The position numbers and the translations under genes were made by a program. Positions 11,995-21,313 of a DNA stretch of 64,000 nt are shown in pieces. Numbering within the stretch: the stretch's first letter is position 1; each line of letters begins with the position of its first letter. This DNA comes from Bradymonadia bacterium (GTDB lineage Bacteria > Myxococcota_A > Bradymonadia > UBA7976 > UBA1532). The DNA is taken from contig JBKAGE010000041.1 of assembly GCA_046290225.1 (NCBI GenBank), forward strand, positions 32,001 to 96,000, in the 5' to 3' direction. A model generated the notes under the pieces. That model made no database searches, was not told the DNA's origin, and saw only the letters and a program-made list of their open reading frames with translations.

Positions 11995-13617
11995 ATGGGT
12001 GCCCTTCGTGTGATGTGGCGGGGTCGTGTGCTGTGGAGCTGTCTCGTGCTCATGGGGTGTACTGATGCTGAAGAGGCGTCGACACCGCCCCCCGAGCAAG
12101 CCCCTGACTGTGCACAGGCCGCCGAGGCCATCGCCCAGTGTTACGGTCAGTCTGCTGCAACAGAATTCTCGGCGATGTGTACCCCCGAGCGCGCTGCAGA
12201 GGTTTTGCCCCTCGACTGCGTCAACGACGACAGCAAGGCCGACCTGGTCCAGAACAACTGGCTGTGTCGGAACCTCGGAGTGCTCTGCGACACTGTGGAG
12301 ACCTTCGAAGACGACGTCGAGCACTTCAAATATGGCACGCTGGGCACCGAAAACCCCGGCCTGCCCCTCGCCCTGATCCGCGCCCTGCCCGAGATTTGCC
12401 CAGATTTGTGGCCCGAAGACGGCTGGGCAGGCTTCGGCATGATCCAGGAGCCCGGCCGCACTCTGCCCATCGGCTGGTCTACCCGGCGCATCGCCGGCAT
12501 CACCCTCGCGTCGGGCAACTGCGCTCGATGTCACGTGTCGACGGTGAGAGAGGCCCCCGATGCTGATCCCATGATCTTCATGGGTGGCCCGGGGCAACAG
12601 ATCGATGCCGTGGGCATGACCGACTTCCAGCTCGCATGTTTGAGTGATCCGCGCTTCACCCGCGGGCGCCTCTACGAGGTCCTGAGCGAGCTGCCCGATG
12701 TGGGCACCGTGGAGCTCGCCGCCATGGTCCTCGCCGCAGGCCTGTTCAACGACAAGGCCCAGGAGACCGCCGAGCAGCTGCGCTATCTGATCACTGGTGA
12801 TCGCACCCCAGGCCCTGGCCGAAGCGACGCCTTCAACGTGGGGGCGGTGCAGTTGTTGGGCTGGGATCTCGAAGATCCGCCCTTCGCCAACGCTGACTTC
12901 GGTGTCTCGTGGCGGGCCGCTGCGGCGCCGGGCGACTTGGTGAACTGGGACGGCAACAGCGACGACATCCACGAGTCCAACATCTCGGTGGTCCTCACCC
13001 TCGGTGCTTCTGAAGAGGGGGTGGATCACCCCGCCCTGGAGCGCGTGGAGGCGATGCTCGACGCCATGGAGGCGCCGAAGTACCCCTTCGAGATCGACAC
13101 CACGCTCGCCGAAGCCGGCGCCGAGGTCTACGCCGAGAAGTGTGCTGAATGCCACGCGCGGAGTGGTGAGCGATTCAACACGGTGATCAGCCTCGACGAG
13201 ATCGGCACCGACGGGGAGCGGGCTCAGATCACCGACGAAACCCTCGTGGAGGCGATGCACGAGATCGGCGCTGGCTTCGACTGGCAGTTCAAGAGCTTCC
13301 GGCCTTCGAAAGGGTACGTGGCCTCACGCATCGACGGCGCGTGGCTGCGAGGGCCTTTCTTGCACAATGGCTCGGTGCCCACCCTCTGGCATCTGCTCAG
13401 CCCCGTCGACGAGCGACCCGAGATCTTCTTCCGCGGTGGCGATGTGTACGATCAAGCGGCCTTGGGTTTCATGTCCGACAGCCCCACTCAGGGCAACCGG
13501 GTGCTCTTCGAGTTCGATACGAAGAAGCCTGGCAACGGGAACGGCGGCCACCTGTTCGGCACCGACCTGCCTGATGAAGATCGCCGAGCCCTGCTGGAAT
13601 ACCTGAAGACAATTTGA
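11995..13617 (+). CDS. Dihaem c-type cytochrome lipoprotein, RoxA-like
   Basis: Lipobox LMGC; two CxxCH motifs (CARCH, CAECH); GY.A..IDGAWLRGPFLHNGSVPTL and FDT.KPGNGNGGHLFG motifs. Confidence 0.8.
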   Translation: MGALRVMWRGRVLWSCLVLMGCTDAEEASTPPPEQAPDCAQAAEAIAQCYGQSAATEFSAMCTPERAAEVLPLDCVNDDSKADLVQNNWLCRNLGVLCDTVETFEDDVEHFKYGTLGTENPGLPLALIRALPEICPDLWPEDGWAGFGMIQEPGRTLPIGWSTRRIAGITLASGNCARCHVSTVREAPDADPMIFMGGPGQQIDAVGMTDFQLACLSDPRFTRGRLYEVLSELPDVGTVELAAMVLAAGLFNDKAQETAEQLRYLITGDRTPGPGRSDAFNVGAVQLLGWDLEDPPFANADFGVSWRAAAAPGDLVNWDGNSDDIHESNISVVLTLGASEEGVDHPALERVEAMLDAMEAPKYPFEIDTTLAEAGAEVYAEKCAECHARSGERFNTVISLDEIGTDGERAQITDETLVEAMHEIGAGFDWQFKSFRPSKGYVASRIDGAWLRGPFLHNGSVPTLWHLLSPVDERPEIFFRGGDVYDQAALGFMSDSPTQGNRVLFEFDTKKPGNGNGGHLFGTDLPDEDRRALLEYLKTI

Positions 13618-13641
13618 GCGGTGTGCTCAGAGGGTGGCCAC

Positions 13642-14838
13642 TCAGCGCTGCTGAATGTAGCCGTTCTGCATGAGGTAGAGCATGTCCTGCCACGTCTCGA
13701 GATCCGAAGCGTCGCTGGCGTTGAGGATCTGAATCACCTGCCCGAAGTTCAAAATCAGCTGCAGCGTGTCGAGGGTCTCTGCAGAGAGATCCGAGAGCCG
13801 CGGGGTGAGCGGGTGAGCCAGCTTGAGGTGTCCGCTGGCGCCGGGCAGGTGTCGGCTGAACTTGCGCAGCTCGTCCCATTGCCGCACGCCCTCGAGCAGG
13901 AGGTTGCGGGTGTTGTCTTCGATGTGACCTTCGAACTGAGGCAGCGCGTCACCCGTGAGGAAGCGGAAGTCGCCCTCTTGCCAGGTCAGGGTGCGATAGA
14001 GCGCCTTCACCGGATCATCTGGGCGATGATCCGTGCCGTCGGTGGCCTGACTGGACAGGGTGGCGTAGTAGAGATGCCCCTCTTTGAAGAAAATGCGGGT
14101 CTCTTGCACCCAGTGATCGTCGTTGGAGACGAGCAGCACCCCATTGCGGCGGCCAGCATGGAACAGCTCCACGAGATCGGCGACGGTGATGTCGTCGTCG
14201 GGGAACCGCCCGCGCATGGCCTCCTTGAGGCCTGGCAAATCAGGGTGATCAGGCGCTGCGCTTTCCTGCGTACCGCCCGGGTTGAACCCTGGCGCCGGCG
14301 TGGCGATCGGCTCGGCCCGCAGCTGCGAGGGCGCAGCCACGGTGGACATCGGCGCCGGGGTGTTCGGATCCATACCCACGGGGATGTTCACCCGGCCACC
14401 GGCGGGGGCCGTAGGCTGTGAGCCAAGGGGGTGATCACCCTGTGGTGGCATCGTCGCCGGAGGCAGCGTCGCCGGAGGGCCAGCAGGAGCGGGCGTCTCT
14501 TCGATGCCCAGGGTCTGCTCTGTGGACTCCATCTCCATGAGCTGCATGAGCGAGGTGCCCACGAGTACACGATCGCCCACCTGCAGGCGCGCCACGGTGA
14601 TCTTCTCGCCGTTGACGAAGGTGCCGTTGGTGCTCTTGAGATCTTGCAACACGATCTTGCCGTGCAGCGTGATGATCTTGGCGTGGCGACGCGACACCAT
14701 GTCCTCGTGGAGGACCATGTCGTACTCGCTGTTGCGACCGATGATGATCTCGCGGTTGGGTCGGAGAGGGAACTCACCACCCTTGTACTTGCCCGCGATG
14801 AAGCGTAGGGCGTAGGACGCCTTCCTGGGATCAGCCAA
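13642..14838 (-). CDS. FHA domain + Pro-rich linker + DUF4388-like domain protein
   Basis: IIIGR..VSRRHA..DLKSTNGTFVNG (FHA); ADLVEL..RRNGVL..IFFKEG..TWQEGDFRF (DUF4388-like). Confidence 0.88.
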   Translation of the reverse strand: MADPRKASYALRFIAGKYKGGEFPLRPNREIIIGRNSEYDMVLHEDMVSRRHAKIITLHGKIVLQDLKSTNGTFVNGEKITVARLQVGDRVLVGTSLMQLMEMESTEQTLGIEETPAPAGPPATLPPATMPPQGDHPLGSQPTAPAGGRVNIPVGMDPNTPAPMSTVAAPSQLRAEPIATPAPGFNPGGTQESAAPDHPDLPGLKEAMRGRFPDDDITVADLVELFHAGRRNGVLLVSNDDHWVQETRIFFKEGHLYYATLSSQATDGTDHRPDDPVKALYRTLTWQEGDFRFLTGDALPQFEGHIEDNTRNLLLEGVRQWDELRKFSRHLPGASGHLKLAHPLTPRLSDLSAETLDTLQLILNFGQVIQILNASDASDLETWQDMLYLMQNGYIQQR

Positions 14839-14945
14839 GGACGCCAGCCTCCGGTCGTCCGATCAATGAAGAATTTGTGGGTATCACGCCGGGCACATCA
14901 GGGCAAGGGTCGATGTCCGAGGCTCGAGGCTCGAGAAGGGGCGTC

Positions 14946-15437
14946 TCAGCTCTCTGGCGCCATGATGAAGGGGAACGAGGCCTTACAGGGCTCGCCCTGA
15001 GGCTTTGGAAACCGCATACGCCCTATGGCGCTCTGGATGCAGGTTTCGACGGCATCGTGGTTGAGCGTGCTGTACTCGACGAGCACGTCAGATGCCTTGC
15101 CGCTCCGCTTGATTTGCCAATTTAAGGCGATCTTGCCCATGAGCGTGGGGGTCTTTTTCAGGTGCTTCTCGTAGCAGCGCTTCACGACACTCGACTTTCG
15201 CTCGAGGACTGCGAGCACCCCCGCTGCGGTGCAGGTCGAGGTGGTGGTGCCTTCCAGGATTTTGAGCCGCCCCTGCACGGGCTTTTTCTTCTGAGGTGGG
15301 CAGACATCGAATGGTTGCAGTGGGTGACAATCCGGGACGCAGGGGCGGAGCGGGTCATGAGGGCACTCTGGCGGGTGTGCTGTGGCCCTGGGGGTCCACA
15401 GAAGGGAAAGCATGAATATGCAGGTCAGTCGAATCAT
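14946..15437 (-). CDS. Secreted AgmX/PglI C-terminal (TonB-C-like) domain protein
   Basis: Signal peptide; VKRCYEKHLKKTPTLMGKI...W.I..SG...STL....VETCI...RMRFPKPQG.....FPF. Confidence 0.8.
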   Translation of the reverse strand: MIRLTCIFMLSLLWTPRATAHPPECPHDPLRPCVPDCHPLQPFDVCPPQKKKPVQGRLKILEGTTTSTCTAAGVLAVLERKSSVVKRCYEKHLKKTPTLMGKIALNWQIKRSGKASDVLVEYSTLNHDAVETCIQSAIGRMRFPKPQGEPCKASFPFIMAPES

Positions 15438-15698
15438 GTTTTTCAAGGCTCGAAAGTGAACAGGGAGTTGACCTGGCAGAGGCCACCCTTGTGGAAGCGC
15501 CAGCGCTTGATGTTGCGCAGCATACAACTCTCTGCTTCCAACAGTGTTTTGGGTCAGAGTTCAGCGTCACCGGCGGATCGATGACTGCGCCCTGCGTTGG
15601 TGGGTGTGACATCGCCTGAGACTGAAAGTTCCGGTAAGAGTCTGTCGTTTCAGACTTTGACGCTTTGTATGTCACCGGCAGGTGAGAGGAGATTGCAC

Positions 15699-17780
15699 AT
15701 GAGAATGCGGATGGGCGTGTGGGCGTGCCTGTTGAGTCTGCCGTTGACCGCTGGGGTGGCCAGGGGCGCCGAGACCGACGAAGAGAAAGCGCTCCGCCTC
15801 GACCTCGCCCGCATCGCCGGCCTCGAGGCGCGGCGCGATCTCGCCTCGGGCTGGCTGGTGAAACAGCTCGAGGACGAGCGCCCGGAGATCAGGCGCCGGG
15901 CTGCGCTCACGCTGGGCCGCATCGAACGGGTAGAGACTCGGAGCGCCCTGGCGAAGGCCCTCGGCGACACCGACGTCGCGGTGCGCAGACATGCAGCCTT
16001 CGCCCTCGGGCAGCTTGGGCTGGGCTCAGCGGACATCATCATCGGGCGCCTCGAGGTCGAGCAGAGTCCCGAGGTCAAGGGGGCCCTGCTGAGGGCTCTG
16101 GGGCAGGTGGCCAACCTGTTGCACGAGAAGCCCTTGAAGGCAGCCCTCACCGACGCCGACGCCGGCGTCAGAGCTCAAGCATTCACGGCGCTGGCGTTGT
16201 TGGCCCGTCGGTTCGACGGGCGCATCGACGAGACCGGCTTGGAAGACATCGCCAAGGGCCTCTCCGATGCCGACGAGAGGGTGAAGCGCGCCGCTGCCTA
16301 TCTGCTCATGCGCCAGAAGGTGCACACCGGAGATGACGCTCTGGGCCATGTGGCCACCTGCGCGAGCAAAGGCCCCGTCGACGGGCGGGTGTGGTGCACC
16401 CAGGCGCTGGCGCACTTCGGCGAGCGGGGCACCGCGGCCTTGAAGGCAGCCATCCTCGATCCAGAGTGGCGGGTGCAGGCTGCAGCAGCCCAGGCCATGG
16501 GTGCCTTGAAGATCGACACTGGCAACAAGGGGGCCCTCATCAACGAGACCTTGTCTGTCTGGGCCACGAAGATCGCCGAGCAAGGTGGCAGATTGCCCGC
16601 GAATCATGGCTTGCCGTTGATGTCACTGCTCGACAGCGGGCTGGCCCTCGATGTCGCCGTCGCGAACAAGCTCGTGCCCGGCGCTCAGGCGGTCTTGAAG
16701 GCCGTGAAGATCCCTGATGGGCCCGAGGGGCGCACCGCCTCGCACGTGCTGTGTCGGGCGGCGGCCCTCGCTGATCGGGCCCGAGGCAAGCTCAAGGCCC
16801 TGCGCAAGTGTGGTCAGCCCGACTTCCCTGAGCAGTTCCGGCAGGTCCTCTCGGTGCGGGTGGCCGACAAAGTGCCCCTCAAGAAGAGGGCCCGAGCGCT
16901 CACGAAGCTCTACAAGAAGGCTTCTCCCCTCGGCCGGGTGGCCATCATGTCGGCCCTCGAAGGTATGGGGGCGATAGCACCTGGCGTGGAGAACCTCGTC
17001 ATCAAGGGTCTCGGCGACGCGGATCCCGGGGTGATCACCGAGGCCGCCCGAGTGGCAGGTGTGCTGGCCCTCGAGGAGGCCGCTCAGCCCCTCGTCAATG
17101 CCTACCAGCGCATGATGCCTGCCGAAGAGCTCGAGGCGGTGCAGGCCATCTTCAAGGCCTTGGGTCAGATCAAGCCGTTGGGCGTGGCGCCGATCCTGGA
17201 GAATCACTTGTCTCACCCCAACCCTGCCTTGAGGCAGTCAGCGGTGCAGGCCCTGCAAGCGGTGAAGGGCCACGAGGGGCGGGCCATGGCGGTGATCCCC
17301 CGAGGGACCGCCGGTGAGCCTGTGCCCGATCTGGCCCAGGTGGAGATCACGCCCTATCGCAAGGCCACGGTGACCACCAGCAGAGGTGACGTGGTCATCG
17401 CCCTGCGGCGAGAGGCCACCCCTGGCACGGTGCGCAACTTCGTGAAGCTGGCGAAGAAGGGGTTTTACAACGGGCTGACGTTCCATCGGGTGGTGCCGGG
17501 CTTCGTCACCCAGGGGGGTGATCCTCGAGGGAACGGATCCGGCGGTCCGGGGTACACCATCCGCTGCGAGCTCGACACCGAGCCCTACGTGCGAGGCGCT
17601 GTGGGCATGGCCCTCGCGGGCCGGGACACCGGGGGTAGCCAGTTCTTCGTCACCCACGGGCCGACCCCGCACTTGGAGGGCGGCTACACCCTCTTTGGCC
17701 ACGTGGTCAAAGGCATGCAGGTGATCGACACCCTCACCCCAGGAGACACGATCGTGCAGATCAGCTTCAGTCGGAACTGA
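15699..17780 (+). CDS. Secreted HEAT-repeat protein with C-terminal cyclophilin PPIase
   Basis: VRRHAAFALG-type HEAT repeats; GFYNGLTFHRVVPGFVTQGGDP...GGSQFF..PHLEGGYTLFG; AGGAGA SD before ATG 15699. Confidence 0.92.
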   Translation: MRMRMGVWACLLSLPLTAGVARGAETDEEKALRLDLARIAGLEARRDLASGWLVKQLEDERPEIRRRAALTLGRIERVETRSALAKALGDTDVAVRRHAAFALGQLGLGSADIIIGRLEVEQSPEVKGALLRALGQVANLLHEKPLKAALTDADAGVRAQAFTALALLARRFDGRIDETGLEDIAKGLSDADERVKRAAAYLLMRQKVHTGDDALGHVATCASKGPVDGRVWCTQALAHFGERGTAALKAAILDPEWRVQAAAAQAMGALKIDTGNKGALINETLSVWATKIAEQGGRLPANHGLPLMSLLDSGLALDVAVANKLVPGAQAVLKAVKIPDGPEGRTASHVLCRAAALADRARGKLKALRKCGQPDFPEQFRQVLSVRVADKVPLKKRARALTKLYKKASPLGRVAIMSALEGMGAIAPGVENLVIKGLGDADPGVITEAARVAGVLALEEAAQPLVNAYQRMMPAEELEAVQAIFKALGQIKPLGVAPILENHLSHPNPALRQSAVQALQAVKGHEGRAMAVIPRGTAGEPVPDLAQVEITPYRKATVTTSRGDVVIALRREATPGTVRNFVKLAKKGFYNGLTFHRVVPGFVTQGGDPRGNGSGGPGYTIRCELDTEPYVRGAVGMALAGRDTGGSQFFVTHGPTPHLEGGYTLFGHVVKGMQVIDTLTPGDTIVQISFSRN

Positions 17781-17840
17781 TCTCCGACTCCGCTTTCGGT
17801 ATACTCTCCGCTTATCGACCTTTTGCGCGGAGTACCGACA

Positions 17841-18128
17841 ATGCAATCCATCACCCACACCGGCGACCTCCTGCAGGCCATCTGGACCCCAGGCCCAGGT
17901 GAGCTGTTGTTGATTCTGGCCATCGTGCTGGTGGTCTTCGGCGCCAACCGCATCCCCCAGCTCGGCGAGTCCCTGGGCAAGGGCATCCGGAACTTCAAGA
18001 AGTCGTTCAGCAGCGACGAGATCGAGACCCAGCCCACTCAGCACAATGTCAAAGAGGTGGCTGACCACACCGTGGAGCCTCTGGAGAGCCGCCTGGGCAA
18101 CACGCAGGAATCGAAGACCAAGATCTGA
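17841..18128 (+). CDS. tatA: Twin-arginine translocase TatA/E
   Basis: ELLLILAIVLVVFGANRIPQLGESLGKGIRNFKKS. Confidence 0.92.
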   Translation: MQSITHTGDLLQAIWTPGPGELLLILAIVLVVFGANRIPQLGESLGKGIRNFKKSFSSDEIETQPTQHNVKEVADHTVEPLESRLGNTQESKTKI

Positions 18129-18149
18129 GGCTTCGCGCCTCATTTCGAT

Positions 18150-18947
18150 TCAGTGCATCTGGCTGTTGCTCAACAGCTCCCGTGCCCGCCTTTGCAGTGC
18201 TTCACTGAGTAGCCCGTCGTACGAGACACCCTTCAAAGTGCGCGTGTCCATGAGGGGCAGTAGATTGATCCCCATATCCACCGGTGAGTAGGGGTTGAGG
18301 AGCAATGCTTTTTGCACCTCACCTCGACGCCCCCAGCGCGGATGCCCGAAGACCACCTCGAGGCAGGTGGCGAGGGTGGGTCGCCGCGCGGCGACCCGGA
18401 TGACGTCCTGCTCCACCATGAGCGGATGATCGAGCACATGACGCAGCACCACCGGATCAGGATCGAAGAGCAGTCGGCCCAACAATGTACGATCAGCTGT
18501 GCGGGCCATCATCCTGCGGTGCCCCAGCGTGATCTCGCGACCCTCACCACCGAGCTGGGGCTCTTTGATGTGGGTGGCCACCGCCGCCGGTGGGGGGGCG
18601 GTGGGCAGCAACAGCCGCATGACGTCGATGTCGCCTCTTTCACGGGCGGCCTCGTAGATCACCCGCCGGCGCTCGTGGTGCGCCTCGGCGGCCCGCCGGC
18701 TGATGCCGTGGGTGTCACGACCCGAGTGTTGTCTGAGCCAGATGACCAGTGAGATGTAGGCGGTCCGGTAGGGCTCTTCGCGGCGTTGCACCCCGGCGAA
18801 GAGCTGAGAGAGCAGCAGGATCAAGTCATCGGTGGGGCAGGTCTCGAACTGCTCGGCCCAGAGCGCTTCTTGCATCTCGGGCTCGGTGATCGCCGCCAGA
18901 CGCCTGACGAAGGCCTGAGCGCGTGACGATGGTTCGGTCAGACTCAC
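18150..18947 (-). CDS. Hypothetical helical-repeat protein
   Basis: TLGHRR..AR...LL.DPDPVV...L.HP....DVIR.AARRP...ALLLNPY pattern; coding-like composition. Confidence 0.75.
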   Translation of the reverse strand: MSLTEPSSRAQAFVRRLAAITEPEMQEALWAEQFETCPTDDLILLLSQLFAGVQRREEPYRTAYISLVIWLRQHSGRDTHGISRRAAEAHHERRRVIYEAARERGDIDVMRLLLPTAPPPAAVATHIKEPQLGGEGREITLGHRRMMARTADRTLLGRLLFDPDPVVLRHVLDHPLMVEQDVIRVAARRPTLATCLEVVFGHPRWGRRGEVQKALLLNPYSPVDMGINLLPLMDTRTLKGVSYDGLLSEALQRRARELLSNSQMH

Positions 18948-18983
18948 CGGCTCTCCCTGGGCTGTGCCCGGTGGGGTGGGTGA

Positions 18984-19907
18984 TCAGGGAGAACGCGTAG
19001 CTTCCGAGTGCTTGATCTCGGCATATGGGGTCAGTTCGCCGAGGGCCGTGCTGCCCTCCTTCAAGAAGACCACATTGAACAGTCGCCGACCCCCTGGGGG
19101 GATTTTGATGTCGGCGAGCTCTGGGAGGAACGTGGCGAAGTGAGGGTGCCCTGGATCAGCAGCCACCTTGGCGGCTTCGGCTTCGTCGAACGTGGTGCAG
19201 CACGGAATCACCCGGCGGTGCAGCGGCAGATTGCCCTGCCTCAGCTGCGCTTCGATGGTGACGGCATGGTGCACCCCCTCGGTGGGGTTGCTGATTTGAC
19301 CCGTGAGCAGCGCGTGGCCTCCGGGGAGGGGTTCGACAGTGACGTCGACCACCTCGAGGCTGCCGATGGGCGCGGTCGGCTTGGGCGCCGGGGGCAATGG
19401 TTTTGCCGGTGCAGGTCGCGGATCGTGACCTGTGAAGGCGATCTGCGCTGCGATCTTGGGGTTCTCCCAGATGATGGGCTGGAAGTTGTTCTTCCACGCG
19501 ATGAAGAGCCCCACGCCGATGATGGCGAGCAGCAAGGTCAGGATGATGAAGCGCCCGATGCGGGGCTGACGGACGACGGTGATGTCGACGCTGTCGTGGG
19601 CATTCGGGCGGTTGGGGTAGTGAACCTTCTCGTCTTCTTCGTCGGTGATGGCGCTCAGCTCGAGGGTCTGATTCGGATCACCTTCTACGAGGTTGAGCTT
19701 GCCCGGCTCGGGTAAGACAGGGGCTGCAGAGAAGTTCACTGCTGGCGTGAGCGGTGAGCTGAAGGCCAGGGCGGCGCTGACCTCGGGGTCGATCTCCACC
19801 TGCTCGTCGCTGTGATCGCCGAGGACCTGCATGTCGACGATGACCTTGGCGTCATCGGCGCTAGGCCCGTCTTCGAGTTGCTTACGTGGTTGATCGACGC
19901 TGCTCAT
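18984..19907 (-). CDS. Single-pass membrane protein with extracytoplasmic beta domain (DUF3426-like)
   Basis: Acidic N-terminus, TM FIILTLLLAIIGVGLFIAW, Pro-rich linker, LLTGQISNPT. Confidence 0.65.
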   Translation of the reverse strand: MSSVDQPRKQLEDGPSADDAKVIVDMQVLGDHSDEQVEIDPEVSAALAFSSPLTPAVNFSAAPVLPEPGKLNLVEGDPNQTLELSAITDEEDEKVHYPNRPNAHDSVDITVVRQPRIGRFIILTLLLAIIGVGLFIAWKNNFQPIIWENPKIAAQIAFTGHDPRPAPAKPLPPAPKPTAPIGSLEVVDVTVEPLPGGHALLTGQISNPTEGVHHAVTIEAQLRQGNLPLHRRVIPCCTTFDEAEAAKVAADPGHPHFATFLPELADIKIPPGGRRLFNVVFLKEGSTALGELTPYAEIKHSEATRSP

Positions 19908-20046
19908 AACAGTGCCAGAGGATCGCACTTCCGAGGCCTCAAAACAACCAGGAACCACCACCAAAGCACCCCGTCGTCAGTGGCTGTAGCTTGCTTTGGA
20001 CCAGTGATGGTGGTGTGCTCCCCTTCTTCTCATTGGAGGTGTGGTC

Positions 20047-21225
20047 GTGACCATCGACGAGCAGATGCAGACGCTGTTGATCCGCGAGGGGCTGACGCGC
20101 TCAGAGTTTCAGGAGACGAGCGCCCCGATCTACATGACCTCGGGCTATGTCTACGACTCCGCCGAAGAGGCCGCCGCGGCCTTCACTGGTGAGCAGGAGC
20201 GGTTCATCTACAGCCGTTACGGCAACCCCACGGTGCAGATGTTCCAGAGTCGCCTGGCGGCCCTCGAGGGCGCCGAGGCCTGCTTCGCCACGGCGAGTGG
20301 GATGGCGGCGGTCTTCGCCGCCCTCGCGTCGCAGGTGAGCGCTGGGGATCGCATCGTGGCGCCGAAGGCTCTCTTTGGCTCGTGTCTGCAGATCCTCACG
20401 GTGATTCTGCCCCGCTTCGGGGTAGAGGCCACCCTGGTGGACGGTACGGATCTCGATGACTGGGCCCGGGCCCTGGAGACGCCGGCGAAGGTGGTATTTC
20501 TGGAGAGCCCTTCGAACCCGGCCCTGGAGCTGGTGGATCTCGAGGCGGTGGTGCCCATGGCCAGAGCTGCGGGAGCACGTGTGGTGGTGGACAACGTCTT
20601 CGCCACGCCGATCCTACAAAAGCCGCTGGCCTTGGGCGCCGACGTGGTCATCTACTCGGCGACGAAGCACATTGATGGTCAGGGTCGGGCCCTCGGTGGC
20701 GCAGTGCTCGGCACCACTGAGTTCATCACCGAGGTGTTGCAGCCCTTCGTGAGACACACGGGGCCGAGCATCAGCCCCTTCAATGCCTGGCTGATGCTCA
20801 AGGGCCTCGAGACCCTGCAGCTGCGGGTACGGGCCCAATGCGACAACGCCCACGGCCTCGCGGATTGGCTTGAGCAGCACCCGAAGGTGAAGTCGGTGCG
20901 CTACCCAGGTCTGCAGAGTCACCCCCAGCACGGGCTGGCAAAGCGTCAGATGACCGGCTTTGGCACCCTGGTGGCGTTCCAGCTCGAAGGCGGACAGCCT
21001 GAGGCCTTCCGCATGATGAACGCTTTGAAGCTGGTGGACATCTCGAACAACCTCGGCGACTCGAAGACGCTGATCACCCACCCACCCACCACGACGCATC
21101 GCCGGGTGAGCGAGGCCGATCGCCTCACGCTGGGCATCACGCCTTCGATGGTGCGTTTGTCGGTGGGTTTGGAGGGGCTCGCCGATCTTCGAGCCGACTT
21201 CGAGCAAGCGCTCGCTGCTGTGTGA
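20047..21225 (+). CDS. metZ: O-succinylhomoserine sulfhydrylase
   Basis: RSEFQETSAPIYMTSGYVY, YSRYGNPTV, YSATKHIDGQGR (PLP Lys), ISNNLGDSKTLITHP. Confidence 0.92.
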   Translation: MTIDEQMQTLLIREGLTRSEFQETSAPIYMTSGYVYDSAEEAAAAFTGEQERFIYSRYGNPTVQMFQSRLAALEGAEACFATASGMAAVFAALASQVSAGDRIVAPKALFGSCLQILTVILPRFGVEATLVDGTDLDDWARALETPAKVVFLESPSNPALELVDLEAVVPMARAAGARVVVDNVFATPILQKPLALGADVVIYSATKHIDGQGRALGGAVLGTTEFITEVLQPFVRHTGPSISPFNAWLMLKGLETLQLRVRAQCDNAHGLADWLEQHPKVKSVRYPGLQSHPQHGLAKRQMTGFGTLVAFQLEGGQPEAFRMMNALKLVDISNNLGDSKTLITHPPTTTHRRVSEADRLTLGITPSMVRLSVGLEGLADLRADFEQALAAV

Positions 21226-21313
21226 TCCCCATCTTGCTGGGACCTCTTGGCGATCTGGGCACCGGGTTTTCGGTATAAGCATTCGTAACGATGGCTCGCT
21301 GGAGCAGCACCTG

